Assembly: GCA_963702425.1 (NCBI GenBank)
Contig: CAVPCQ010000024.1
Coordinates: 56,577 to 120,576 of the forward strand
DNA from: an uncultured Acidobacteriota bacterium
GTDB lineage: Bacteria > Acidobacteriota > Polarisedimenticolia > J045
Length of the DNA: 64,000 nt
Reading direction: 5' to 3'
Within the stretch, counting starts at the first letter, position 1. Each line of letters starts with the position of its first letter. Under the pieces are notes generated by a model. That model did no database searches, was not told the DNA's origin, and saw only the letters and a list, made by a program, of their open reading frames with translations. Below are positions 1-16,701 of this stretch, in pieces. The position numbers were made by a program, and so were the translations under genes.

Positions 1-711
1 GCCGACGCCCGGCCCCCAGGTGATCATCGCCTGGGGTACCGGCTTCCCGTCGCGAGTCAGGCTCCACTCGACGCGCACCAGGAAGAGGTCGTTGCCCGGA
101 ATCCAGAGCGACTTCGCAACCTCGAGTCCCGCCCCGTCGGCCCAGCGGAACGAGACCCGCTGGGTCTCGGGAGGAAGCCCGCGAGTGGACAGCTCCTCCG
201 CGGTCGGTACGCCGCGCTCCACGACGTACCACGGGTCGTTGATCTGCTTGAAGAGCAGCGGGTCGTGGGGGTCGATCGTCAACGGGTTGTGGTCGAGGGC
301 CCGCGACTCGCTCGAGACGAGGTCGACGAACCCCTTGGAGGCGTCACCCGGCACCTTCTCGTAGCCGGGCAGTTTCCAGGAGACGACCTTCGCCCCGCGC
401 GCGGTGAGCGCGATCTCGTGCTGCGCGGTCCGGATCTCGATCAGCGGCTGGTTCTCGGCCCCGACGACCGCCGCGCCGAAGCTGCCGGGCTGCGCGGGAG
501 AGAGCGAGGCCTCCCTGCCGGGCGGCGTGGCCGCCGGCGCGGCAGCCGCCGCGGAACCGTCCGCGGCGGGCGCGGCCGGCGTTGCGCTGGCGGCTGACGG
601 GGCGGTGACCGGGACCGGTTTCGGGCTGGGGAAGAAGTACTGCCACCCGAAGAGGATCAGGATCGAGATCGCCACCGCGGCGATGGTGCGAATCGTCGTG
701 TCACGGTCCAT
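1..711 (-). CDS. yidC: Membrane protein insertase YidC (N-terminal part; runs off the window)
   Basis: Manual translation from ATG at 711: [30 protein letters not shown]...[18 protein letters not shown]; canonical position after rpmH-rnpA-yidD. Confidence 0.9.
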   Translation of the reverse strand, partial: MDRDTTIRTIAAVAISILILFGWQYFFPSPKPVPVTAPSAASATPAAPAADGSAAAAAPAATPPGREASLSPAQPGSFGAAVVGAENQPLIEIRTAQHEIALTARGAKVVSWKLPGYEKVPGDASKGFVDLVSSESRALDHNPLTIDPHDPLLFKQINDPWYVVERGVPTAEELSTRGLPPETQRVSFRWADGAGLEVAKSLWIPGNDLFLVRVEWSLTRDGKPVPQAMITWGPGVG

Positions 712-979
712 CGGTCAATCCAGCCGAGCGGGAGTCGGCGAGGGCAGCTGCGGAAGGGGCGTGTCGCCGGGGCGGCAGGTCGAGGCCCGCCTCGGCGAAG
801 GGGTGGCAGCGCGCGAGGCGGCACGCGGCGAGCCAGGCGCCGCGCAACGCACCCCACTCCGTCAGCGCCATGACCGCGTATTCCGAGCACGAGGGAAGAA
901 AGCGGCAGTGCGCCCCGAGCAGGGGCGAGAGCGTGCGCTGGTACAGCCGCACGAGGGCGATCAGCAGGCGGGCGGGCAC
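701..979 (-). CDS. yidD: Membrane protein insertion efficiency factor YidD
   Basis: [23 protein letters not shown]...RLARCHPF signature within ORF 701..1111; probable GTG start at 979. Confidence 0.92.
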   Translation of the reverse strand: MPARLLIALVRLYQRTLSPLLGAHCRFLPSCSEYAVMALTEWGALRGAWLAACRLARCHPFAEAGLDLPPRRHAPSAAALADSRSAGLTDGP

Positions 980-1362
980 GGAGGGCCTTCCTGGCCGGGC
1001 CGGGGCTCGAGCCGCCGGCGGACGCGGCCCACCAGCGCGACGAATTCGCCTTCGATCACGGGGAACTTCGACCCGACGGCCGCCTGCCGGATGTTGACCA
1101 CCATGTCCCACCGGCCCACCAGCTCGCGGTGGCGCCGGAACGCCTCGCGCACCAGGCGGCGCAGGCGGTTCCGAACGACCGAGCCGCCGACCTTCCGGGT
1201 CGCGGTCAGGCCCAGGCGCGGACCGTTCTCCTCGCGGGGCAGCGCAAACAGGACGAGCCGCGACCCGGCCACGCGCGCGCCGGACTCGTACACCTTCTGG
1301 AACTCGGACCGCTTGCGGAGCCGACAGGTGCGGGGGAAGCCGTCCCGGCCTCCGCGGCTCAG
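961..1362 (-). CDS. rnpA: Ribonuclease P protein component (start approximate)
   Basis: [12 protein letters not shown]...[28 protein letters not shown] (RNR motif). Confidence 0.92.
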   Translation of the reverse strand: MSRGGRDGFPRTCRLRKRSEFQKVYESGARVAGSRLVLFALPREENGPRLGLTATRKVGGSVVRNRLRRLVREAFRRHRELVGRWDMVVNIRQAAVGSKFPVIEGEFVALVGRVRRRLEPRPGQEGPPCPPAC

Positions 1363-1493
1363 ACGGTCAGACGCTTGCGGCCCTTGCGGCGCCGCCGCTT
1401 CAGCACGAGGCGGCCGCCGGAGGTCTTCATCCGCTGGCGGAAACCGTGGACCTTCTTCCGCTTCCGGTTGTTGGGCTGGAACGTTCGCTTCAT
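1359..1493 (-). CDS. rpmH: 50S ribosomal protein L34
   Basis: Manual translation [44 protein letters not shown] (44 aa; too short for the ORF track). Confidence 0.97.
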   Translation of the reverse strand: MKRTFQPNNRKRKKVHGFRQRMKTSGGRLVLKRRRRKGRKRLTV

Positions 1494-1839
1494 CGCGCAA
1501 GCCTCTCACCTCGACCGCCGCACGGAGTATCACCGCCGGACGGTGATCGCAGGGACCCTCCGCCCTCGGCGCGCCGGGCGCCGTCCGCAGGGGGCCGCAG
1601 AACAAGCGAGGTAGGTTATGGGGAGCCCCCGAGGCTGTCAACCGTCGCCGGTTCCCGCGCGGCCGGCTGGGGATCCGCCCGGAAGTCGTTGACCCGAGTG
1701 GGCTACCCGGGAACCGATCGGACACCCTTGCCGCGGCGAGCGATCCGGTGCTACCTTCCGCGCCTCGTTCCAGGGGTCTTCGTCGACAATGTGAAGTCCG
1801 TCCCTCCCGGCCACCCGCCGCGGGACGGGTTGGCCAAGG

Positions 1840-2040
1840 GTGTGGGGGAGCTGTGGACCGCGACCGGCATTCGCGCCTGGTCCGTCTTTCTAGGTCCAAG
1901 AAAAAAAAGGACTTACAGATCTCTTCGGCTCGTCGCTGCCTGTGGAAATCCTGTGCTTCGTCCGCGCTCCCCGGCACCCTAGAAGCCTGTTCTGGAGAGG
2001 GTTACCCCTGTGGATAACCGGCCCGCCGACCCTGTGCAGC
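1840..2040. promoter_or_regulatory. DnaA-box cluster upstream of dnaA (oriC left half / dnaA autoregulation)
   Basis: Perfect TGTGGATAA at 2009-2017, TGTGGAAAT at 1941-1949, degenerate TGTGGACCG at 1852-1860; A-tract near 1898-1908. Confidence 0.75.
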
Positions 2041-3383
2041 CCTCGGCGTGGGACGCCGTCCGCGCCCTCGTCCGAGAGCAGATCGCGGAGGGGGTCTTCG
2101 AGACCTGGTTCGGCCCGACGCGCGCCCTTCCCACCCTGGGAACGACGCTGCGGGTCGGGGTCCCGAACGAGATGTTCGCGGAATGGCTGCGCTCGCAGTA
2201 CCTGGCCCTGATCCGCAGCACGATGAACCGGGCCGGGCTCGGCCACCTCCAGCTCGAGTTCGTCCCCCCCGTCGCCTCCGTGCCGGGCGCGGCCGCGGGA
2301 CGGACGGACGGCGCCGGGCTGGCGCCCCCCGTCGCTTCAGCCGCCGCGCGACCGGGGGGAGCGGAGGCGCCGCGCCTGAACCCTCGCTACTCGTTCGACG
2401 GCTTCGTCGTTTCGTCATGCAACCAGTTTGCTCACGCCGCGTCGCTGGCGGTCTGCGACCAGCCAGGCCGGGCCTACAACCCGCTCTTCCTCTATGGCGG
2501 GGTCGGACTCGGCAAGACCCACCTGATGCAGGCGCTCGGCAACCGGCTGCTGGTCGAGCGGCCCGAGGTGAAGCTGCGCTACCTGACCTCCGAGCAGTTC
2601 ATGAACGAACTGATCGCGGCGATCCGCTTCGAGGAGACCTCCCGCTTCCGCGACCGCTACCGCCAGCTCGACGTCCTGCTGGTCGATGACATCCAGTTCC
2701 TGGCCGGCAAGGAGAGCACGCAGGAGGAGTTCTTCCACACTTTCAACGCGCTCCACGACGCCGGCCGCCAGATCGTCCTGGCCTCCGACTGCCCGCCGCG
2801 CTCGATTCCGGGTCTCGAAGAGCGGCTGCGGAGCCGCTTCGAGTGGGGCCTGCTGGCCGACATCCAGCCGCCCGACCTGGAGACCAAGGTCGCGATCGTC
2901 AACAAGATGGCTGCCGCGCGCGGTTGGAACGTCCCGTCCGACGTCGCGCTGTTCATCGCCAGCAGCATCCACTCCAACGTGCGCGAGCTCGAAGGGGCCC
3001 TGACGACCCTGATGGCCTCCTCCTCGATCCGCCGACAGCCGCCCGACCTTTCCCTGGCCCGCGAGGTGATCCGCACCCTGATCCCGACACAGCGCGAGGA
3101 AGTCACGCTGGAGACGGTGATGCGGGTGGTCGCTCGCCACTTCAACCTGAAGGTGCCGGAACTGAAGTCGCGCACCAACGCGGCCAAGATCTCCTACCCT
3201 CGCCAGATCGCGATGTACCTCGGTAAGAAGCTTGCCGGGGAGAGCCTGCCGTCGATCGGCCTCGCGTTCGGTGGCAAGCACCACACGACCGTGCTCCACG
3301 CGGTGCGCAAGATCGAACTGCTGCGATCGACCGACCCGGGGACCGAGAGGACGCTTCACGCGATCGAGGAGCAGCTGCGATGA
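2010..3383 (+). CDS. dnaA: Chromosomal replication initiator DnaA
   Basis: YNPLFLYGGVGLGKTHL Walker A, LLVDDIQF, RLRSRFEWGL, C-terminal GGKHHTTVLHA. Confidence 0.99.
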   Translation: MDNRPADPVQPSAWDAVRALVREQIAEGVFETWFGPTRALPTLGTTLRVGVPNEMFAEWLRSQYLALIRSTMNRAGLGHLQLEFVPPVASVPGAAAGRTDGAGLAPPVASAAARPGGAEAPRLNPRYSFDGFVVSSCNQFAHAASLAVCDQPGRAYNPLFLYGGVGLGKTHLMQALGNRLLVERPEVKLRYLTSEQFMNELIAAIRFEETSRFRDRYRQLDVLLVDDIQFLAGKESTQEEFFHTFNALHDAGRQIVLASDCPPRSIPGLEERLRSRFEWGLLADIQPPDLETKVAIVNKMAAARGWNVPSDVALFIASSIHSNVRELEGALTTLMASSSIRRQPPDLSLAREVIRTLIPTQREEVTLETVMRVVARHFNLKVPELKSRTNAAKISYPRQIAMYLGKKLAGESLPSIGLAFGGKHHTTVLHAVRKIELLRSTDPGTERTLHAIEEQLR

Positions 3384-3645
3384 GCCGCGGTTCCACACCG
3401 TCCACAGCCCTGTGCAACGGCGTCCTGTGGATGGGACGCGGCCCGGGGCGACGGAGCGCTCATCCCTCCTCCCATCCACGTTCCGGTCCTGAAGGCTCCA
3501 CTCTCCCGGCCCCGGTCAACCCTGCGGTTCCCGCCCAGAAGAGGGTTTTCCCACGCTTTTCACACCCCTACTGCTACGGCTATGAAGATTCAGTCCATTA
3601 TTTCGATGTTCTTTCTTGCCTCCCCGCGGCGCCGAGGACCCAGCA
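3384..3645. other. Replication origin oriC (dnaA-dnaN intergenic, unwinding region)
   Basis: Multiple CCACA/TGTGG DnaA-box-like motifs; tandem boxes at 3547-3564, then CCCC, trio-like CTA CTG CTA CGG CTA and an AT-rich stretch. Confidence 0.8.
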
Positions 3646-4762
3646 ATGAAGTTCTCTCTCGACCAGGCCTCCTTCATGCGCGAGATCGCCCTCCTGCAGG
3701 GCGTGATCGAGAAGAAGTCGACGTTCCCGATCCTCCATCACGTGCTGCTGACGGCGACGGAGGAAGGACGGGTGACGATGGTCGCGACCGATCTCGAGGT
3801 CGGCTTCCGGTCCGAGGTGGCGGCGACGGTGACAACCCCCGGGAGAGCCGCGGTTCCCGCGCGCCGGCTGTACGAGGTTCTGCGCCGCCTGCCGTCGGGA
3901 ACACTGCTCCTGCGGCTCGACGGGAACGCGTTTCACATCGAGTGCGAGCGGATCAAGTACAAGCTGACGACCCAGGACCCGGACCAGTTTCCGGCGGTGA
4001 GGACGCGCGAAGGGAGCCCCCAGGCGGTGGTCGCTTCGGACCTGCTGGCGGAGATGATCAAGATGATTCTCTTCGCGATCACGACCGACGACCCGCGCTA
4101 CACGCTTGGTGGAGCGCAGTGGGAGTTCTCCGAGGACCAGCTGACGATGGTCGCGACCGACGGGCATCGGCTGTCGATTTCCAGCGCGTCCCGCACAGCA
4201 GGTAGGAAAGGACTTCCCGGTCGTCCTGGTGCCGAGGACTGCGCTGCGCGAGTTGCAGCGGCTGGCGGCGGATCACGAGGGAGACGTTTACCTCTGGGCC
4301 AACGCGGGTAGCCTGATCGCGCTCGTCGGACACCGTGAGATCACGACGACGCTGCAGGAGAACCACCGCTTCCCCGACTACCGGCGCGTGATCCCGCAGA
4401 ACAACGACAAGATCTTCGAGATCGGCACCCAGGTGATGCGCGACGCGATCGACCGAGCATCGGTGCTGCGCGACGAGGAGACGAAGCTCGTCCGAATCGA
4501 GCTGAAGAAGGAACTCCTCAGGGTGCTCGCCGTGAACGACAAGTTCGGGTCGGCGCAGGAAGACGTGAGCCTGAACTACACCGGCGGCGAGATCGAGATC
4601 GGCTTCAACGCTCAGTACCTGCTCGACTTCCTGAACAACGTCGGGACCGAGCAGGTCCGCGTTCTCCTGGGCGAGTCGATGGGGCAGGGGCTGTTCGAGC
4701 CGGTCCGACCGGCCGAGGACCGGCGGCACGATCGCTACGTCGTGATGCCGATGGCACTGTAG
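3646..4762 (+). CDS. dnaN: DNA polymerase III beta clamp (apparent frameshift near 4195)
   Basis: N-half ATDLEVG...ATDGHRL in ORF 3616..4311; C-half FPDYRRVIP...IGFNAQYLLD...YVVMPM in ORF 4229..4762. Confidence 0.95.
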
Positions 4763-4768
4763 TTCCCC

Positions 4769-5862
4769 GTGCTGGTCTTCCTCGAGGCGGAAGGGGTCCG
4801 GAACCTCCGGCCCGCGAGGACTCCCCTCGATCCCGGCATGACGCTCGTCACCGGGCGGAACGCCCAGGGGAAGACCTCTTTCCTCGAGGCGGCATACATC
4901 CTCGCCACGACCCGTTCTTTCCGGGTCCGGGACACCCGCGAGGCGATCGCCAATGGGGCCGTTCTGGCCCGGGTCAAAGGGGGTCTCGGGGAGGCGCCGG
5001 AGGGGCCGCTCGAGCTCGGCTGCGGCTGGGGCCGGGAGCGTGGCGAGCGCCTTCTCACCGTGGGACAATTCGAGCGCAAGATACAGGATTATCTCGGGTT
5101 GCTTCCTGCGCTGGTGTTGACCGGTGAGAGCCTCCGAACGATCGCCGGCAGCCCTGCGGAGCGGCGGCGATTCGTCGATCGGGCGGTCGCCGCAGCGGAT
5201 CCGGGATACGTCACCGCGCTGGGCGAGTACCGGCGCGCGCTGGCCCAGCGGAACCGGCTGCTCCGGGAGGGGCGCCCGGACCGGGAGATCGGCCCGTGGG
5301 ACGAGGTGCTGGGGCGGACGGGAACGGTCGTCGCCGACCGCCGGAAGCGGCAGGTCGAGGCGTGGCAGGAGGATCTCGGGGGCTGGCCGGAGTTGTTTCC
5401 CGAGGGGGCGACGGCGCGGCTCACCTACCTCGAATCGGGCGCGGGAAAAGGCCGCGAGGGTGAGAGAATCCTCGATCGGCTGGCGCGCGTCCGGGAACGG
5501 GAACGGCGCTACGGAATGACGCTCGTCGGACCCCACCGCGACGATCTCGAGGTGGCAGCGGGAGGGCAGGACCTCCTTCGCCAGGGCTCGTCCGGGCAGG
5601 TGCGGGCGGCGCTCTCGGCGCTGCTCCTGGCGCAGGCCCGGCAGGTCCGGCGCCAGGCCGGCGGGAAGCAGCCGCTGCTGGTGCTCGACGACGTCGACAC
5701 CGACCTCGACGCCGCGCGCTGCGAGGCGCTGCTCGCGGCCGCTCGGAGGGAAGGACAGGTGCTCGCCGCGACGAGCAAGCCCGACCTGTTGAACGCGACC
5801 GGCGCGCTGGTGTTGCTGATGGAGCAGGGCGAGGCGCGGGTCCGGGAGGCACGAGAGGCACG

Positions 5863-5866
<4 letters not shown>
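4769..5866 (+). CDS. recF: DNA replication/repair protein RecF
   Basis: [41 protein letters not shown]. Confidence 0.95.
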
Positions 5867-8320
<2,454 letters not shown>

Positions 8321-8330
8321 CGGGGAACGC

Positions 8331-10850
8331 ATGACGGAAGCGAATCAGCCGCCGCAGTTCACGGCGGTCAACATCCAGGACGAGCTGAAGACCTCGTACC
8401 TGGACTACGCGATGTCGGTGATCATCGGCCGCGCCCTGCCCGACGTGCGCGACGGTCTCAAGCCGGTCCACCGGCGCGTGCTCTACGCGATGCAGCAGTC
8501 CGGCAACACCGCCGACCGGATCTATCGCAAGAGCGCGAAGACCGTCGGCGAGGTGATCGGCAAGTTTCACCCGCACGGCGACCAGGCGGTCTACGACACG
8601 ATCGTCCGGATGGCGCAGGACTTCTCGCTGCGCTACCCGTTGATCGACGGGCAGGGGAACTTCGGCTCGATCGACGGCGACCCGCCGGCGGCGATGCGGT
8701 ACACCGAGATCCGCATGTCGCACCTGGCGGCGCTGATGCTCGAGGACTTCGACAAGGAGACCGTCGACTTCGGGCCGAACTACGACAGCACGGAGGACGA
8801 GCCGCTGGTCCTGCCCTCCGCGATCCCGAACCTGCTGGCCAACGGCGCGGACGGGATCGCGGTCGGGATGGCGACCCGCATCCCGCCCCACAACCTGCGC
8901 GAGCTGATCGACGCCTGCGTGCACCTGATCGTCAACCCCGACTGCACCGCCGCCGACCTGACGGAGTTCGTGCAGGGCCCGGACTTCCCGACCGCGGGCG
9001 AGATCTACGGTCGGGCCGGGATCCGGCAGGCGTATCTCACCGGCCGCGGCCGGATCCTGATGCGCGGCAAGATGGAGTTCGAGGAGGGGGCGAAGGGCTC
9101 GCGCGACCGGCTGGTGATCAGCGAGCTGCCGTTCCAGGTCAACAAGTCGCAGCTGATCGAGGAGATCGCCCAGCTGGTCCATGACAAGCGGATCGAGGGG
9201 ATCGCCGACATCCGCGACGAGTCGGACCGCGACGGGATCCGCGTCGTGGTCGAGCTGCGCAAGGACGCGATCGCCAAGGTCGTGACCGCGAACCTGTTCA
9301 AGCAGACCAAGCTCCAGACGACCTTCGGCGCGATCTTCCTGGCGATCGTCTCCGGCCGGCCGCGCGTGCTCGACCTCAAGCAGATGCTGGTGCATTACGT
9401 GCGCCACCGGCGCGAGGTCGTGGTCCGGCGCACGCAGTACCTGCTGAAGCAGGCCGAGGCCCGGGCCCACATCCTGGAGGGGCTCAAGAAGGCGATCGAC
9501 CTGCTCGACGAAGTCATCGCGCTGATCCGAGCCGCCTCCGGGCCGCCGGAGGCCAAGCAGCAACTCGTCGAGCGCTTCGAGTTCAGCGAGATCCAGGCCC
9601 AGGCGATCCTCGACATGCGCCTGCAGCGCCTGACCCAGCTCGAACGCGAGAAGCTGCTGGAGGAGCTGGCGGAGCTGCTGGGCCTGATCGAGCGCTACCG
9701 CCAGATCCTGGGCTCGACCGCGATGGTGGATCAGGTCGTGGTGGACGAGCTGAAGGCGATCCGCGAGAAGTTCGGCGACGAGCGCCGGACGGTGATCGTC
9801 GAGGACGAGGGGGAGATCGAGACCCTCGACATGATCCCCGACGAGAAGATCGTCGTGACGCTGTCCCACAAGGACTACGTCAAGCGCACGCCGCTGTCGG
9901 AGTACCGGACCCAGGGGCGCGGCGGCCAGGGGATCCGCCTGATGGAGGTCGGCGAGGAGGACTTCGTCGAACGCGTGCGGATCTGCTCGACGCACGATCT
10001 CTCGCTCTGGTTCACTTCGGAGGGGCGCGTTCACATTCTGCCGGTACACCACGTGCCGGAGTTCAGCCGCGCGGCCAAGGGAAAGGCGATCGTCAACCTG
10101 CTGGGGCTGAAGCCGGGCGAGAAGATCCAGGGGCTGCTCGCGTTGCGCGACATGGACCAGCCCGGCCTCCACGTGATGACCGTCACGGAGCGTGGCGTCG
10201 TCAAGCGGACCGAGCTGTCGGCCTACGCCAACATCCGCAGCGGCGGGATCATCGCCCTCTCGCTCGACGAAGGGGACCGCCTGATCGCGGTCCACCTGGT
10301 CCGCGACAGCGACCATCTGTTCATCGCCACGCGGGACGGGATGGCGATCCGTTTCCCGGTGACGGAAGTCCGGTCGATGGGACGCACGGCGCGCGGCGTG
10401 CGCGGGATCGACCTGCGCGAAGGGGACGCGGTGGTCAGCGCGCTCGTGCCGTCGCCGGGCGAGGACATCCTGACGGTCGCGCTGCACGGCTACGGCAAGC
10501 GGACCGAGCTGGACGAGTACCGGCCGCAGGGTCGCGGCGGGCTCGGGCTGATCAACCTCAACGTCGGCGAGCGCACCGGCCCGGTGGTGGCGGTCCTGTC
10601 GGTGCTCGGGTCGGACGAGATCGTGGTCGCGACCCGGCAGGGGATGGTCATCCGGACCCCCGTCGAGCAGGACGAGAACACCAGGATCAGCCGGCTCGGG
10701 CGCGCGACGCAGGGCGTGCGGGTGATCCGGCTCAAGGAAGACGACGAGGTCGTGTCGGTGACCCGGCACACCGCCGTGCAGGAAGACGCGCCGGAAGAAG
10801 ACGTCCCGGGCGCGGGTCCGGACGGACCGGAAGGGGAGACCAACGCATGA
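8331..10850 (+). CDS. gyrA: DNA gyrase subunit A
   Basis: [36 protein letters not shown], GyrA-box QGRGGQG; ATG at 8331. Confidence 0.98.
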   Translation: MTEANQPPQFTAVNIQDELKTSYLDYAMSVIIGRALPDVRDGLKPVHRRVLYAMQQSGNTADRIYRKSAKTVGEVIGKFHPHGDQAVYDTIVRMAQDFSLRYPLIDGQGNFGSIDGDPPAAMRYTEIRMSHLAALMLEDFDKETVDFGPNYDSTEDEPLVLPSAIPNLLANGADGIAVGMATRIPPHNLRELIDACVHLIVNPDCTAADLTEFVQGPDFPTAGEIYGRAGIRQAYLTGRGRILMRGKMEFEEGAKGSRDRLVISELPFQVNKSQLIEEIAQLVHDKRIEGIADIRDESDRDGIRVVVELRKDAIAKVVTANLFKQTKLQTTFGAIFLAIVSGRPRVLDLKQMLVHYVRHRREVVVRRTQYLLKQAEARAHILEGLKKAIDLLDEVIALIRAASGPPEAKQQLVERFEFSEIQAQAILDMRLQRLTQLEREKLLEELAELLGLIERYRQILGSTAMVDQVVVDELKAIREKFGDERRTVIVEDEGEIETLDMIPDEKIVVTLSHKDYVKRTPLSEYRTQGRGGQGIRLMEVGEEDFVERVRICSTHDLSLWFTSEGRVHILPVHHVPEFSRAAKGKAIVNLLGLKPGEKIQGLLALRDMDQPGLHVMTVTERGVVKRTELSAYANIRSGGIIALSLDEGDRLIAVHLVRDSDHLFIATRDGMAIRFPVTEVRSMGRTARGVRGIDLREGDAVVSALVPSPGEDILTVALHGYGKRTELDEYRPQGRGGLGLINLNVGERTGPVVAVLSVLGSDEIVVATRQGMVIRTPVEQDENTRISRLGRATQGVRVIRLKEDDEVVSVTRHTAVQEDAPEEDVPGAGPDGPEGETNA

Positions 10851-11494
10851 AGTTCTTCATCGACACTGCCGACGTCCGCGAGATCCGCGAGGCCGCCGCG
10901 CTGGGCGTGCTGGACGGCGTGACGACCAACCCGTCCCTCGTGGCCAAGACCGGCCGGCCGTTCCGCGTGGTGCTGGACGAGATCCTGTCGATCGTCGACG
11001 GCCCGGTCAGCGCGGAGGTCACGGCGACCGATTTCGACGGGATGGTGCGCGAGGCACAGGAGCTGCACGCGATCCACAAGAACATCGTCGTCAAGATCCC
11101 GATCATCGAGTCCGGCCTCAAGGCCGTGAAGTGGTGCTCGGACCACGGGATCCGGACCAACGTGACGCTCTGCTTCCAGGCCTGCCAGGCGCTGCTCGCG
11201 GCCAAGGCCGGCGCGAGCTACATCAGCCCGTTCGTGGGCCGGCTGGATGACATCTCCGAGGACGGGATGGCGCTGATCGGCCAGATCCGTCAGATCTACG
11301 ACAACTACGACTACCCGACCGAGATCCTGGCAGCGAGCATCCGCCACCCGGTGCACGTCGTGCAGGCAGCGATGATGGGGGCCGACGTCGCGACGATCCC
11401 CTACGGCGTGATCGCGCAACTGCTCAAGCACCCGCTCACCGACAGCGGCCTGGCGAAGTTCCTCGACGATTGGAAGAAGGTACCAAAACCGTAG
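10847..11494 (+). CDS. tal: Transaldolase / fructose-6-phosphate aldolase (TalC/FSA family)
   Basis: [40 protein letters not shown]. Confidence 0.93.
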   Translation: MKFFIDTADVREIREAAALGVLDGVTTNPSLVAKTGRPFRVVLDEILSIVDGPVSAEVTATDFDGMVREAQELHAIHKNIVVKIPIIESGLKAVKWCSDHGIRTNVTLCFQACQALLAAKAGASYISPFVGRLDDISEDGMALIGQIRQIYDNYDYPTEILAASIRHPVHVVQAAMMGADVATIPYGVIAQLLKHPLTDSGLAKFLDDWKKVPKP

Positions 11495-11557
11495 GGGCCG
11501 GCCTCCGTGCCGGCTCCGCATGGCGCCGTTCGGGCCGGCACAGAGGCCGGCCCCTAC
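11491..11557. repeat. GTAG-family REP inverted pair (REPIN-like)
   Basis: GTAGGGGCCGGCCTCCGTGCCGGC ... GCCGGCACAGAGGCCGGCCCCTAC; each arm is internally palindromic. Confidence 0.75.
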
Positions 11558-11595
11558 AGGGAGCACAGGGCACCGCCGGGCCCGAAAGGGGACGC

Positions 11596-13137
<1,542 letters not shown>

Positions 13138-13187
13138 GAGAGCCAGGAGAGCCCCTGTGAGAGATCCGCAATGAGAAAGGGCGCCCG

Positions 13188-14704
<1,517 letters not shown>

Positions 14705-14708
<4 letters not shown>

Positions 14709-15262
14709 AGCTCCGCGGCGTGATCGACGGCAGGCAACAGGAGATCGAGCTCGAGCCGACCGAGGGGGGATACATGGTGACCCTCGACGGCAAGACGCAC
14801 GAAGTCGACTGCGCCGACCTGGAGGCCTCGTTCTACTCGCTCATCATCGAGGGGAAGTCCTACGAGATCTCGGTGCGCGAAAGCGGCCCCGACGAGTACG
14901 CGGTGCGGCACGGCGGCTCCCTCCGGACCGTCCGAATCGTCGACCCGATGGCGGCGATCGCCGGCGCGAACCTCGTGCAGACCGGCACGATCACCGTCAA
15001 GGCGATCATGCCGGGGCGCGTGGTCAAGGTCCTCGTCGAGGAGGGGGACGAGGTCGACGAAGGGCAGGGGCTGATCGTGCTCGAGGCGATGAAGATGGAG
15101 AACGAGGTCGGAGCGCCGCGCCGCGGCAGGGTGCAGTCACTGTCCGTTCAGTCGGGACAAACACTCGAGGCCGGCGACAGAATCGCCGTCATCGAGCTAA
15201 CGGGCCGCCGGGCGGAGCCCCCGCGTGGGAAGCGCCGCGCCGGCGCCGGGATCAGTGATTGA
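14705..15262 (+). CDS. Biotin carboxyl carrier protein (C-terminal end uncertain)
   Basis: ATG overlaps upstream stop (ATGA); MPGRVV...EAMKMENE biotinylation motif. Confidence 0.88.
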
Positions 15263-15527
15263 GGAGCTCTTCCAGTTCCTTGCTGGGGCGGAAGAGAACC
15301 GTCACCTTCGGGGGGATCTCGATCGTCGCGCCGGTCTGCGGGTTGCGCCCGGTGCGTGCCTTCCGCTTGCGTGCGGTGAAGGTGCCGAAACCAACCAGCG
15401 CCGTCCGCTCACCCTTCCGCAGCGACGCCGCGACTCCCTCGATAATCGACTCGATGGCTCGCGCGGCGGCGACCTTGGTGATGCCGGCGTCCTGAGAGAT
15501 CTTGTCGATCAACTCGGCCTTGTTCAT
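15252..15527 (-). CDS. hup: HU family DNA-binding protein
   Basis: MNKAELI...LVGFGTF...RTGRNPQTG...FRPSKEL. Confidence 0.95.
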   Translation of the reverse strand: MNKAELIDKISQDAGITKVAAARAIESIIEGVAASLRKGERTALVGFGTFTARKRKARTGRNPQTGATIEIPPKVTVLFRPSKELEELLNH

Positions 15528-15677
15528 GACGACCCTCCCCGGTCTTCGGGCGGGAATACCGCCCCGGCCGCGCTCGCGAGCGCTCGCCGACCGGTTGTCT
15601 AGCACGACGGTTGCCGGCGGGTCAACGGGAAATGGGGTGAAAATGGCCGTCCTGCGGGCCTTCCGGGAGAACTGACC

Positions 15678-16439
15678 GTGGATCGAAAGACACTCGCCAA
15701 GCTGCTCGCCGCCGTCCGAGGGGGAAGGGTGACCGCCGATGAGGCCCTGGCGCGGCTCGACGCCCTCGCCACCGGCGAGCTCGGGTTCGCCCGGATCGAC
15801 CACCGCCGGACCCTGCGCCGAGGGATCCCCGAGGTCATCTTCGGCGAAGGAAAGGCGCCGGCCCAGGTCGAGGAGATCGCAGCCCATATAGCCGGCCGGG
15901 GTGGCACCGTCCTGGTCACCCGGATCGGCCCGGAGATCGGCGAGCGGTTGAAGCGCCGCCTCCCGGCCGGGACCCACGACCCGGTCTCGCGGACCTTCCT
16001 GCTGCGCGAAAAGAGCCGCCGCCGCCCCCTGCCGGGCCTGCTCGTGATCAGCGCCGGGACCGCGGACATCCCGGTGGCCGAGGAAGCGGCGGTCACGGCG
16101 GAGGCCTTCGGACTCGGCGTGGACAGGCTCTACGACGTGGGAGTCGCCGGGATCCACCGGCTCTTCGAGCACCTCGAGCGGCTGCGCGAGGCGAAAGTGC
16201 TCGTGGTCGTCGCCGGGATGGAGGGGGCGCTGCCGTCGGTCGTCGCCGGACTGGTCGAAGCCCCGGTGATCGGCGTGCCGACCGCGGTGGGATATGGGGC
16301 GGCGCTCGAAGGGTTCACGGCGCTGTTCGCGATGCTGACCTCCTGCGCGGGCGGATTGACCGTCGTCAACATCGGCAACGGATTCGGGGCTGCGTGTGCG
16401 GCTCATGCGATCCTCCGCGGGCGAAGCGGACGTCGTTGA
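15678..16439 (+). CDS. larB: Nickel-pincer cofactor biosynthesis protein LarB (PurE-like)
   Basis: FARIDHRR...PEVIFGEGK, AGTADIPVAEEA, DVGVAGIHRL, VAGMEGALPSVVAG, PTAVGYG. Confidence 0.9.
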   Translation: MDRKTLAKLLAAVRGGRVTADEALARLDALATGELGFARIDHRRTLRRGIPEVIFGEGKAPAQVEEIAAHIAGRGGTVLVTRIGPEIGERLKRRLPAGTHDPVSRTFLLREKSRRRPLPGLLVISAGTADIPVAEEAAVTAEAFGLGVDRLYDVGVAGIHRLFEHLERLREAKVLVVVAGMEGALPSVVAGLVEAPVIGVPTAVGYGAALEGFTALFAMLTSCAGGLTVVNIGNGFGAACAAHAILRGRSGRR

Positions 16440-16701
16440 CCAGGGACGGTCATGGTCAAGTTCCCGCGCGGAGAGGGGGAAGTCCCCGCGAAATACCTTT
16501 GCGCGGGCGAAAGCCTGTCGGTAAGATTCTGGCAATCAAGGGGTTCAGCGGGGGCCCGGAGGATGGCCCCCGTGTGCGCAGGGGTCGGGGGATGCTCGGC
16601 GGAACGGTCGACACGGGACGCCGCGCGCACCCGGGAAGCGGTCCTCACAGGTGCCGGTGCACAGGCCGGTGCCGATTGGCTTGTTCAGGGCTGGGAGGAC
16701 G

